From Vicinamibacterales bacterium (GTDB lineage Bacteria > Acidobacteriota > Vicinamibacteria > Vicinamibacterales > UBA2999): a stretch of 64,000 nucleotides of DNA. Position numbers and translations under genes: made by a program. The DNA lies in NCBI GenBank assembly GCA_030680175.1, contig JAUXWO010000111.1:65145-129144 (forward strand). The letters are read 5' to 3'. The notes under the pieces were generated by a model. The model made no database searches. It was not told the origin of the DNA and saw nothing but the letters and a program-made list of their open reading frames with translations. This document shows positions 50,273 to 59,399 of this stretch, in pieces. Every line of letters starts with the position of its first letter. Within the stretch, counting starts at the first letter, position 1.

Positions 50273-52778
50273 CCTGCCGGAGGTCGCGGAGCGCCGTGGA
50301 CATCGGCGACGCGCCACGCTCGGAGAGGCGGCGGCCGTGCTCACGCTGGTCGTGGTCGCAATCTGGTATGGCCGCTTCGCGTTCCTCCACCAGGTGACGC
50401 CTCCCGATTACCACTACTTCGGCCCGGCGGTCATGCTCGCGACCGGCCAGGGATTCATGGCGCCATTTCCAGAGGCAGGAACCCCCTTCGGCGCCTTCCT
50501 GTCCGGCGAGGCGTCCGCGCTGAACGCGTCGGAGGCCGTCGCGGAGACCGTGGGGGCACCCGATCAGTTTCACCACTCCATCCGCTATCTGCTGTATGTG
50601 ACCGCCTACTGGTGGCGCCACACGGGCATTTCGTGGGCGGCCCTTGCGGATATCGCCGGAGCGCTGCACGCGCTTGCCGCGCTCGGCGTCTACTTCACGG
50701 CCCGCCTCTTCGTGCCCATGCCGATGGCCCTCGGCGCGGCGCTCTGGATTGCCGTCTCACCCTGGCAGCTGAGCATGGTGGCGCACGTCCGTGACTACTC
50801 GAAGGGCGCCTTCATCGTTGCGGCGCTGCCGTTGATTCTGCTCATGGCGCTGCGGGTGCCCGCGCGCGCCAGGTTTCTCGTCGCGGCGGCTGCCGCCGGC
50901 GTCGTGCTCGGCGTCGGGTTCGGGTTCCGGCGGGACATCCTCGTGATGATCCCCATCACCGTGGCCTGCCTGGTCCTGTGCCGCGGGCGGTGGCCATGGA
51001 GCGACGCGCTGAGCAAGCTGCAGGGCGTCGCGACCTTCCTCGCCGCCTTTCTCCTCGTCTCGGCTCCCGTGCTCGTGCCCCTCGTGCAAGGGGGATCGCA
51101 CACCATGCACGTGATCCTCCTCGGTCATGCCCCCGGCTTCGACCGCGCGCTGGGGATCGACGCCCCGGGGTATCGCGCCCTGCCGTTCTACGACGACGGC
51201 TACGCCGGGATGGTGGTGGACGCGCACAACGCGGCCGTGGGGGGAGCGCCGATCCTGACCAATCCGTCGGTGGAGTACGACGCGGCGGGTCAACGGCTGA
51301 TGCTGGCGCTGCTCCGGCACTTCCCGGCGGACATCTTCGTGCGCGCGCTGGGGGCGGGGAACACCATCCTCAACATGCCCTTCGCGAGCCCGGATCCCGT
51401 GTTCCTGACGCGTCCGCTCCCGCTGGCGGACGCGACGGCGCGCCTCCATGCCGGGCTGTATGCGCTGAACGGCCTCGGGGGGTGGCTCGGCGCGGCCTTC
51501 GTCGTCCTCGCCACGCTCGCGGGCCTGCGCGAGGGACTGCTCGCCGGTCTGCTGGTCCTGGTCCTGACGGGATACTCCTCCCTGCAGTTCGACTTGCGAC
51601 ACTACTTCCACTTGCAGGTCGTGCCTGTCATCGTGCTGGTCGTCCTCGCGTGGGCCGTCATGCGTGGTGTCGTGGCCCTGGTTGACCGTCGCGGTGCGGT
51701 GGCACCAACCGGGCTCCGTGTGGTCAACCGGCGCCGCCTCGCGGGCCATGCGACCGCAGGTGTCGTGGTCGTGCTGCTGCTCACGGCGGTGCCCCTGTCC
51801 GCGCTCCGCCTGTATCAGGGGCGGCACGTGACAGGCCTTGTGGAGGCGTACCTTCGGGGGCCGCGGATACCCGTCGTGACCGAACCGGTGGCGCTCGGGC
51901 AGGGGGCGACGCTGCTCGAGTGGCGTGACGCGCCTCCGGAGATGCACGCCGGATCCGGCCAGCGCTCGGCACACTACCTGGCGGAGTTTCGCGGAGGGCA
52001 GGCCCCCGTGACGGTCGCCGTCCGCTATCGCCCGAACGCCGCCGGCGTCGACTTCTCGCGCGTGATCGCCGTCGCCCCTGGCGAGGGGACGACGCGGGTG
52101 GGCTTTCAGGCGTTCGACCTGCCCGGGATCGCCGAGTTCATCGGGGTGGAAGTGGGCCCCGAGGCGCGCGACAGGCTCATGGGCCTCTACCGGGTCTCGG
52201 ACGGCGGACCGGCGCAGCTGCCGCTCGACATATCGTTGCCTCCCGACTGGACGGAGCGGAGGCTCTATCAGCGTCTTCGTGCCGAGCCGGCCGATCCTCG
52301 GGCGTTCGTGCCCCAGCAGGTGGTGTGTGCCGCCGACCACGGCTGTCACGGCCGTCTCGGCGCGATCGAGGCGTCGACGACGCTCGGGCGCCCGCCCCGT
52401 CAGGAGGACGTGCGAACCATCCACGCTCCGTCGGTCCAGTTGACGGCGAGCGGTCTCGCCGTGGACGGCCGCGCCGAGTCGGAATCGGCGTATCTCGTCG
52501 AGTGGCATCCGGTGTCCTTCGTCCAGGGAGGCACGCTCGTGTGGCGCGGACGGCTCGACGAGGGCGGGTTGCTGGTCGGACTGCTGCACGACGGTCGCTG
52601 GCATTCCCAGGCGACGGTGCGGACGCCGGGGGTGTTCACGATCGTGGTCCCGGTCCCGGCCGGCGGCGAGTACGTGCCGTTGATGACCAACGCGCTGCCG
52701 CCGGGACAGCGTCACATCAGGTTCGCGATCACATCAATGGTGTCGCTGCCGCAGGCGCCCGTCGAGGAGGGACGCTAG
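50262..52778 (+). CDS. Large polytopic membrane protein, family A paralog 3 (GT-C-like) with divergent C-terminal GYQ-RW-like module
   Basis: ORF 50229..52778 trimmed to ATG 50262. Motifs PAVMLATGQGF, HVRDYSKGAF and LQFDLRHYFHL. The C-terminus ...GGLLVGLLHDGRWHSQ... matches the module only weakly. Confidence 0.55.
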   Translation: MASDLPEVAERRGHRRRATLGEAAAVLTLVVVAIWYGRFAFLHQVTPPDYHYFGPAVMLATGQGFMAPFPEAGTPFGAFLSGEASALNASEAVAETVGAPDQFHHSIRYLLYVTAYWWRHTGISWAALADIAGALHALAALGVYFTARLFVPMPMALGAALWIAVSPWQLSMVAHVRDYSKGAFIVAALPLILLMALRVPARARFLVAAAAAGVVLGVGFGFRRDILVMIPITVACLVLCRGRWPWSDALSKLQGVATFLAAFLLVSAPVLVPLVQGGSHTMHVILLGHAPGFDRALGIDAPGYRALPFYDDGYAGMVVDAHNAAVGGAPILTNPSVEYDAAGQRLMLALLRHFPADIFVRALGAGNTILNMPFASPDPVFLTRPLPLADATARLHAGLYALNGLGGWLGAAFVVLATLAGLREGLLAGLLVLVLTGYSSLQFDLRHYFHLQVVPVIVLVVLAWAVMRGVVALVDRRGAVAPTGLRVVNRRRLAGHATAGVVVVLLLTAVPLSALRLYQGRHVTGLVEAYLRGPRIPVVTEPVALGQGATLLEWRDAPPEMHAGSGQRSAHYLAEFRGGQAPVTVAVRYRPNAAGVDFSRVIAVAPGEGTTRVGFQAFDLPGIAEFIGVEVGPEARDRLMGLYRVSDGGPAQLPLDISLPPDWTERRLYQRLRAEPADPRAFVPQQVVCAADHGCHGRLGAIEASTTLGRPPRQEDVRTIHAPSVQLTASGLAVDGRAESESAYLVEWHPVSFVQGGTLVWRGRLDEGGLLVGLLHDGRWHSQATVRTPGVFTIVVPVPAGGEYVPLMTNALPPGQRHIRFAITSMVSLPQAPVEEGR

Positions 52779-52779
52779 C

Positions 52780-54711
52780 ATGTGCGGCATTGCCGGGGCC
52801 CTTGTCTTCGACGCCGGGACATTCACCGTGACGGAGCCCTACCTGTGCGCCATGCGCGACGTGATGGCGCACCGCGGGCCGGACGGTACCGGTTTCTGGA
52901 TCGCACCGAGGGGACAGGTGGGCCTTGCACACCGCCGGCTGTCGATCATCGACCTCAGCGAAACGGCCGCGCAGCCGATGGGCAACGAGGACGGCACGCT
53001 GCAGGTCGTCTTCAACGGCGAGATCTACAACCACGCGGAGATCCGGCGCGACCTCGAGGCCCTCGGCGGGCATCGGTGGCGCACGGACCACTCAGACACC
53101 GAGGTCATCCTCCACGCCTTCGAGACCTGGGGCATCGACTGCCTCCACCGCTTCCGTGGCATGTTCGCGTTCGCGTTGTGGGACGCGCGCGAGAATGAGC
53201 TGTGGCTGGTGCGCGATCGGGTCGGTATCAAGCCGCTCTACTGGTCCGCGCATCATGGGCGCCTCACGTTCGCCTCCGAGATCAAGGCGCTGCTCGAGGA
53301 TCCCGACCAGCCCCGCGCTGTCGATGACGAGGCGCTCTACCACTACCTGTCGTTCCTGACGACGCCGGCGCCGCAGACCCTGTTCGCGGGGATCCGCAAG
53401 CTCCCGGCCGGCACGTGGATGCGCGTGCGGGCGAACGGTGACATCGAGACCAGGAAGTACTGGGACGTGTGGGACCACGTCTCGCCGCTCACGGGCGAAT
53501 CGGAGTCCGCGATCGCCGAGCGCATTCTCGAGACGCTCCGCACCGCCGTCCAGTACCGCAAGGTGAGCGACGTGCCGGTCGGCGTGTTCCTGTCCGGCGG
53601 CATCGACTCGAGCACCAACGCCGCGCTCTTCTCGGAAGGGGAGTCGTCGCGGGTCAAGACCTTCTCGGTGGCCTACCGCGACCAGTTCGCCAGCTATCCA
53701 AGCGAGCTGCCCTACGCCCGGCAGATGGCGGCGCTGGTGGGCGCCGAGCATCACGAGTACCTGATCAGCACCGAGGATCTCCGGTCGTTCCTGCCGCGCA
53801 TGGTGCACCTGCAGGACGAGCCGATCGCCGATCCGGTTTGCGTGCCCGTCTACTACGTGTCAAAGCTGGCGCGGGAGCACGGCGTCACGGTGTGCCAGGT
53901 CGGCGAGGGCGCCGACGAGCTGTTCATCGGTTACCCGAACTGGAAGGCCATTCTCGACCGGCAGGCGTGGGCCGACCTCCCGGGCGCCGGACTGGCGGCC
54001 GCGGCGGCCACGCCGCTGCTTCGAGCGGCGGGGTACGGGCACACCTACCAGTTCGAGGCGATCCGCAGGGCGTCGCAGAGCCAGCCGCTCTTCTGGGGTG
54101 GCGCCGAGGCATTCACCGAAGGCGAGAAGGCGGCCCTGCTTGGCGGCGCCGTGCGCGAGCGGCTCCGCGGAGTGAGCTCCTGGGACGTGATCCGGCCGGT
54201 CCGCCAGCGATTCGAGCAGGCCGCGTGGGACCAGGCGCACGTCAACTGGATGAGCTACGCCGACCTGAACCTTCGCTTGCCGGAGCTCCTGCTGATGCGC
54301 GTCGACAAGATGAGCATGGGGGTGAGCCTCGAGGGGCGCGTGCCGTTCCTCGACCACGAATTCGTGTCGCTCGCCCTCAGCATCCCCTCATCGATGAAGC
54401 TCGGCGGCGGCGAGCTGAAGCACATGCTCAAGCGCGCCGTCCGCGGTCTGATTCCAGACGCGCTGATCGACCGCAGGAAGCAGGGGTTCGGCGTGCCGGT
54501 AAACGAGATGCTGCCGGGGCCGCTCCTGGCGATGGCGCGGGCCGAGGTCGCGCGCTTCACACGCGACACCGGCCTCCTCGACCCGAAGGCCGCCGATCGC
54601 GTCATGACCACGGCCGACGGCTCGAAGGTGTGGTACCTGATGAACCTCGCGATGTGGTGGCGCCACTTCATCGCGCGCGAGCCGCTGGCGCTCGAGGAAG
54701 GCGCGGCATAG
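52780..54711 (+). CDS. Asparagine synthase (glutamine-hydrolysing)-like amidotransferase
   Basis: Motifs MCGIAGAL, HRGPDGTG, RLSIIDLS, FNGEIYNH and the PP-loop SGGIDSSTN. Confidence 0.9.
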   Translation: MCGIAGALVFDAGTFTVTEPYLCAMRDVMAHRGPDGTGFWIAPRGQVGLAHRRLSIIDLSETAAQPMGNEDGTLQVVFNGEIYNHAEIRRDLEALGGHRWRTDHSDTEVILHAFETWGIDCLHRFRGMFAFALWDARENELWLVRDRVGIKPLYWSAHHGRLTFASEIKALLEDPDQPRAVDDEALYHYLSFLTTPAPQTLFAGIRKLPAGTWMRVRANGDIETRKYWDVWDHVSPLTGESESAIAERILETLRTAVQYRKVSDVPVGVFLSGGIDSSTNAALFSEGESSRVKTFSVAYRDQFASYPSELPYARQMAALVGAEHHEYLISTEDLRSFLPRMVHLQDEPIADPVCVPVYYVSKLAREHGVTVCQVGEGADELFIGYPNWKAILDRQAWADLPGAGLAAAAATPLLRAAGYGHTYQFEAIRRASQSQPLFWGGAEAFTEGEKAALLGGAVRERLRGVSSWDVIRPVRQRFEQAAWDQAHVNWMSYADLNLRLPELLLMRVDKMSMGVSLEGRVPFLDHEFVSLALSIPSSMKLGGGELKHMLKRAVRGLIPDALIDRRKQGFGVPVNEMLPGPLLAMARAEVARFTRDTGLLDPKAADRVMTTADGSKVWYLMNLAMWWRHFIAREPLALEEGAA

Positions 54712-54720
54712 GATCACGCC

Positions 54721-55533
54721 ATGAACCCTGAGTACGCCGGCGCCCGCGCACGCGAATACGACCACGGGATGGACGTGCTGTTCCAGACCTTCGGTGTGGA
54801 CGAGGCCGCGCTGCGGGAGGAGATGGTCGCGCTGCTCCGCCTCCCGCAAGGCGCGCGCATTCTGGAGACAGGATGCGGGACCGGCAGGGATACGGTCCAT
54901 CTGGCCACCAGGGCCGGTGTCGTGTATGCGACCGACCTGTCGCCGGACATGATCCAGGTGGGCCGCGCACGCCTGGCGGAGGCGGGCGCCACCGCCGCGT
55001 CTGTCCGGCACCTCGTCGCGGACGCGACCGCGTTGCCGTTCTCGGATGGCAGCTTCGATGCCGCGTACCACTTCGGCGGGCTCAACCTCTTTCCCGACGT
55101 CCGGCGGGGCCTTGCCGAGATGGCGCGGGTGGTGAAGGTCGGGGGCCGCGTCGTGTGCGGCGACGAGGGCGTGGCGCCGTGGCTCACCGAGAGCGAATTC
55201 GGGAAGATCCTCGTCAACTCCAATCCGTTCTACCGCCATCAGGCCCCGCTCCACCTGCTCCCCGTGGCCGCGCGGGACGTGGCCTGCCGCTGGATCCTGG
55301 GCGGGGCCTTCTACCTCCTGGACTTCACCGTCGGCCAGGGCGAACCTCCGCTCGATCTCGACGTGGAGTTTCCCGGGGCCAGGGGGGGGTCCCACCGCAC
55401 GCGCTACTACGGACGGCTGGACGGCGTGTCGCCGGACCTCAGGCAGCAGGTCATGACACGGGCGGCCGCCGACGGCCTGTCGCTCACCGCGTGGCTCGAG
55501 AAGGCGCTCGCGGAGAAACTCGCGGGCCGCTGA
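54721..55533 (+). CDS. Class I SAM-dependent methyltransferase with C-terminal ribbon-helix-helix-like tail
   Basis: Methyltransferase motifs ILETGCGTGRD, FDAAYHFGGLNLFPD and KVGGRVV. The last ~40 aa (YYGRLDGVSPDLRQQVMTRAAADGLSLTAWLEKALAEKL) follow an RHH strand-helix-helix pattern. Confidence 0.7.
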   Translation: MNPEYAGARAREYDHGMDVLFQTFGVDEAALREEMVALLRLPQGARILETGCGTGRDTVHLATRAGVVYATDLSPDMIQVGRARLAEAGATAASVRHLVADATALPFSDGSFDAAYHFGGLNLFPDVRRGLAEMARVVKVGGRVVCGDEGVAPWLTESEFGKILVNSNPFYRHQAPLHLLPVAARDVACRWILGGAFYLLDFTVGQGEPPLDLDVEFPGARGGSHRTRYYGRLDGVSPDLRQQVMTRAAADGLSLTAWLEKALAEKLAGR

Positions 55534-55537
55534 GACG

Positions 55538-56473
55538 ATGAGCGTGCCGATGACACCGATGACCTGGGAGAAGCACGGGCTGATCTTCCGTCCCGACCCC
55601 TCGCGGCCGTGGATGCGGAGCCACGCCGCCGTGCCCACACCGCTGCAACTGGACGGCAGTCTGTACCGCGTCTACTTCTCGAGCCGCGACGAGCGGAACC
55701 GATCGCACGTGGGCTTCTTCGAGATCGACCTTGCCTCGCCGGAGCGGATCCTGGCAGTGTCGCCGGAGCCCGTTCTTGCGCCGGGTCCGACCGGATGCTT
55801 CGACGCCGACGGCATCTATGCCGAGTCCGTCGTGCGGGTGGGCGACGAGGTGCGGCTCTACACGATCGGCGTGACCACGGGGCACACACCGCCGCTCTTC
55901 TACGCGGCCATCGGCCTGGCGACGAGCCGGGATGGCGGCGCGACGTTCGCCAGGCACAGCGCCGCGCCGATCATGGGGCGCTCTGCGCACGATCCCTGCC
56001 TCGTGACCGCGCCCTTCGTCCTCCGGGACGGGGACCGCTGGCGCATGTGGTACGTCTCCGGGACCTCATGGACGGAGGAGACGCACGGATGGCAGTCGCA
56101 CTACCACGTGAAGTACGCCGAGTCGGCGGACGGCGTGACGTGGCTGCGCGACGGGCACAACTGCATCGCGCCGCAGGACCCGCGCGAGAACAACATCGCG
56201 CGGCTGTGGGTGGTCCCCGACGGGGAAGGCTACCGGGGGTGGTACTCGGTCAACGCCGGCGAGGGCTACCGGCTGGGGTACGCGGAGTCGCGCGACGGAT
56301 ACGACTGGAGGCGTCTGGATCATCTGACGGGGATCGCGTTGTCCCCCGACGGCTGGGACGCGCAGGCGCAGGCATATCCGGCGGTGGTCCGTCACGGCGA
56401 CCGTTGGTTCATGTTCTACAACGGCAACGGGTTCGGCCGCGACGGGGTCGGCCTGGCGATCGCGCCCGCGTGA
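55538..56473 (+). CDS. Predicted five-bladed beta-propeller protein, paralog 3
   Basis: Collinear with 42773 and 43735: YRVYFSS, GCFDADGIYAESVV, AIGLATSRDGGATFAR, KYAESADGVTWLRD, GYAESRDGYDWRR and FYNGNGFGRDGVGLA. Confidence 0.5.
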   Translation: MSVPMTPMTWEKHGLIFRPDPSRPWMRSHAAVPTPLQLDGSLYRVYFSSRDERNRSHVGFFEIDLASPERILAVSPEPVLAPGPTGCFDADGIYAESVVRVGDEVRLYTIGVTTGHTPPLFYAAIGLATSRDGGATFARHSAAPIMGRSAHDPCLVTAPFVLRDGDRWRMWYVSGTSWTEETHGWQSHYHVKYAESADGVTWLRDGHNCIAPQDPRENNIARLWVVPDGEGYRGWYSVNAGEGYRLGYAESRDGYDWRRLDHLTGIALSPDGWDAQAQAYPAVVRHGDRWFMFYNGNGFGRDGVGLAIAPA

Positions 56474-58092
56474 ACACCCTCCTCACGATCGTGCGTCACG
56501 GCGCCCCGGCGCCGGCGCCCCGGTCCGGCGAGACCGTGATCACGACGGACGAGTTGAAGGCGTGGATCCGGTCGGGCCGTGTGGTCTCCGGCGTGCGCGG
56601 CTACGACGCCGTCAGGCTGTTCACCGACAGGGTGGGCGCGCTCGGTCGTCCGCTGCCTGCGGCCCTGGCCGCACGATGGCTCTCGCGGGGGCCGTGCTAC
56701 GCCGAGGACGCCGACGGCGGCACGCGTGACCTGTCGTTCGATTTGCTGGCGCGGTGGACCGTGCGGCTCCTGGCCGAGCCGATGATGCGCCGCGCCTTCA
56801 TCAGGCAGATCGAGGCGGAGGTGATCCGGCTCGAGCGGGACGCCGAGGGGCCTGGGGCGGCGGCCTTCGACCGCGCGCGGGCGCCGCTCTACCTGCGCGC
56901 CGATCTCAGCTTCGGCTTGAAGGCCGGGGGATCCGTCGGCCACACCGCCGGGGTCATCAACCATCTGGGTGATGTCGCGGGCCCGCCGATCGTCATCACG
57001 TCGGACCGCGTGCCGACGATCCGTCGGGACGTGGAGGCGCACACCATCGATCCGGACGAGGCGTTCTGGAACTTCCAGGAGCTGCCGTCGTTCGTGATGA
57101 ACCGGACGCTCGCTCGAGAAGCCGACGACATCGTCAACGAACGGCCGCTGGCCTTCATCTACCAGCGCTACACGGTGAACGGCTACGCCGCCGTGCAGCT
57201 CGCGCGCCGCTGGAAGGTGCCGCTCGTCACCGAGTACAACGGGTCGGAGGTGTGGGTGGCCCGTCACTGGGGGCGGCCGCTTCGCTACGAGGCGCTGTCG
57301 GCGCGGATCGAACGCCTGAACCTGCACGCCGCACATCTCGTCTCGGTGGTCAGCGAGCCTCTGGCCGACGAAGTGAGGGCGCTCGGCGTGGACCCCCGCC
57401 GTGTGCTCGTGAACCCGAACGGCGTGGACCCCGATCGATACACCCCGGATCTCGACGGTGGTCCGGTGCGCGCGCGCCTCGGTCTGGGCGACCGCACGGT
57501 AATCGGGTTCATCGGCACCTTCGGTCCCTGGCACGGCGCCGAGGTGCTCGCGGAGGCCTTCGTCTCGCTGCTCCGTTCGCGCCCTGATCTGCGTGACCGC
57601 GTGCGCCTGCTCTGGATCGGCGACGGCGTGACGCTGCCGCGCGTGCGCGCCATCGTCGAGCAGGGGGGCGTGGCGGAGGCATGCGTCTTCACCGGGCTCG
57701 TGCCCCAGGAGGAGGGGCCGTCACACCTGGCCGCGTGCGACATCTTCGCGTCCCCCCACGTCCCGAATGCGGACGGCTCCCCGTTCTTCGGATCGCCGAC
57801 AAAGCTGTTCGAGTACATGGCGATGGGACGGGGCATCGTGGCCTCGTCGCTCGATCAGATTGCGGATGTACTCGAGGACGGCCGCACGGCGCTGCTGACG
57901 ACGCCCGGGGATGCCGACGCGCTTGCGGCCGGACTCACCCGTCTCGTGGACGCCCCGGGACTGCGCAACGCCTTGGGCGCGGCGGCGCGGGAAACGGCGC
58001 TGGCACGCTACACCTGGCGGGCGCACGTGCAGCGCACGGCGGAGGCCCTCGCGGCTCTCGTTCCGACGCGCGTCCCGGCGGGCGCGCCGTGA
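56470..58092 (+). CDS. GT4 (GT-B) glycosyltransferase with N-terminal extension; paralog of the GT domain of 10489..13164
   Basis: Starts at GTG 56470 (GTGA overlap). Motifs GGSVGHTAGVINHL, EYNGSE, GFIGTFGPWHGAEVL and FGSPTKLFEYMAMGRGIVAS. Confidence 0.85.
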   Translation: MNTLLTIVRHGAPAPAPRSGETVITTDELKAWIRSGRVVSGVRGYDAVRLFTDRVGALGRPLPAALAARWLSRGPCYAEDADGGTRDLSFDLLARWTVRLLAEPMMRRAFIRQIEAEVIRLERDAEGPGAAAFDRARAPLYLRADLSFGLKAGGSVGHTAGVINHLGDVAGPPIVITSDRVPTIRRDVEAHTIDPDEAFWNFQELPSFVMNRTLAREADDIVNERPLAFIYQRYTVNGYAAVQLARRWKVPLVTEYNGSEVWVARHWGRPLRYEALSARIERLNLHAAHLVSVVSEPLADEVRALGVDPRRVLVNPNGVDPDRYTPDLDGGPVRARLGLGDRTVIGFIGTFGPWHGAEVLAEAFVSLLRSRPDLRDRVRLLWIGDGVTLPRVRAIVEQGGVAEACVFTGLVPQEEGPSHLAACDIFASPHVPNADGSPFFGSPTKLFEYMAMGRGIVASSLDQIADVLEDGRTALLTTPGDADALAAGLTRLVDAPGLRNALGAAARETALARYTWRAHVQRTAEALAALVPTRVPAGAP

Positions 58093-59399
58093 GGCCCGAG
58101 ACGGCCGGGCGCCTCCTCGCCATCTCCTGGGAGATGCCGCCGCTCTCGGGCCCGCGCGCGGTCCAGGTCACGCGGACGCTCGTCGAACTCGGCCTCCGCG
58201 GCTGGCGCTCGCGCGTCGTCTGCTTCGGGCCGCGGTCGACGCGCTACCAGCAGGACTTCACGCTCGATGTCGAGGCCGTGTCCGAGGGCGTCGTGCGGCT
58301 CGTGCGCGTGGCCTCCCCCGAGGAGGCGTTCTTTTTCCGGGCGCTGTGGCGTCTGGTCCCGCCGGTCAAGCATCTGCCCGACGAGAAGCGCGTGTGGGTG
58401 CCGCGCGCGCTGGCCGCGGCGAGACGGCTCCTCGCCGAGGAACCCACGGACGTGATCGTCAGCTTCGCGCGGCCCTGGTCGGACCATCTCGTGGGGCTGC
58501 AGCTGCACCGCGAGACCGGGCTGCCCTGGGTGGCGCACTTCTCGGACCCGTGGGTGGACAACCCCTACGAGCGCGGCCCGGCCTGGCAGCGCCGCCGGTG
58601 TGCGGCGATGGAGCGAGCGGTCATCGAGGCGGCGACGCAGGTGGCGTTCGTCAACCGTCAGACGGCTGACCGCGTCATGGCGAAGTACCCGGACGCCTGG
58701 CGGTCGAGGGTCCACGTCGTGCCGCAGGGCTTCGAGCCCAGGCCGGCCGCGGTCTCGCGGGTCACAGGGCGTTCCGTGACCGAGGCCGCAGGGCTTGCCC
58801 TGAGCGAGCCCGAAGGGCGAGTCGAAGGGCTGCGCATCGTCTACACGGGGCGCTTCTACGATGGCATCCGCACGCCGGAGGCGTTCCTGCAGGCGCTGGC
58901 GGCGCTTCACCGCGAGGCCTCGCTCGACGGGAGGCTGACCGTCGAGTTCGTGGGCGCGGGCATGGACGGCTACGAGCGCCGCGCGCGCGAACTTGGAGTG
59001 GATGGGCTGGTGCGCTTCGCAGGCCGCATGCCGCCCGAGGCGGCGCAGCAAGCGGCCGCCGGCGCGGACGTGCTCCTCGTCATCGATGCCCCCAGTGACG
59101 GCCCCAGCCTCTTCCTGCCGAGCAAGCTCGTCGACTACCTGCCGCTGCGCGTCCCCATCCTCGGCATCACGCCGCCCGAGGGGCCGACGGCCGATCTGCT
59201 CGCGGCGCTTGGCTATCCCGTGGTGGCGCCGGACGATGTCGCGGGCATCGGGCGGGCACTCGCCCAGCTGCTCGACGCGCAGGCGGCAGGCACGCTCCGC
59301 GCGTCGGCGCAGCATGACGAGGTGTCTGCCGCCTACGACATCCGGGAGACGACCCGTGCGTTCGCGGAGGTCCTCGACACCGCGCGAGGCGCCCGGTGA
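58089..59399 (+). CDS. Glycosyltransferase, GT-B fold (GT4-like)
   Basis: Starts at GTG 58089 (GTGA overlap). Motifs RIVYTGRFYDG, VRFAGRMP and LPSKLVDYLPLRVPILG. Confidence 0.7.
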   Translation: MRPETAGRLLAISWEMPPLSGPRAVQVTRTLVELGLRGWRSRVVCFGPRSTRYQQDFTLDVEAVSEGVVRLVRVASPEEAFFFRALWRLVPPVKHLPDEKRVWVPRALAAARRLLAEEPTDVIVSFARPWSDHLVGLQLHRETGLPWVAHFSDPWVDNPYERGPAWQRRRCAAMERAVIEAATQVAFVNRQTADRVMAKYPDAWRSRVHVVPQGFEPRPAAVSRVTGRSVTEAAGLALSEPEGRVEGLRIVYTGRFYDGIRTPEAFLQALAALHREASLDGRLTVEFVGAGMDGYERRARELGVDGLVRFAGRMPPEAAQQAAAGADVLLVIDAPSDGPSLFLPSKLVDYLPLRVPILGITPPEGPTADLLAALGYPVVAPDDVAGIGRALAQLLDAQAAGTLRASAQHDEVSAAYDIRETTRAFAEVLDTARGAR

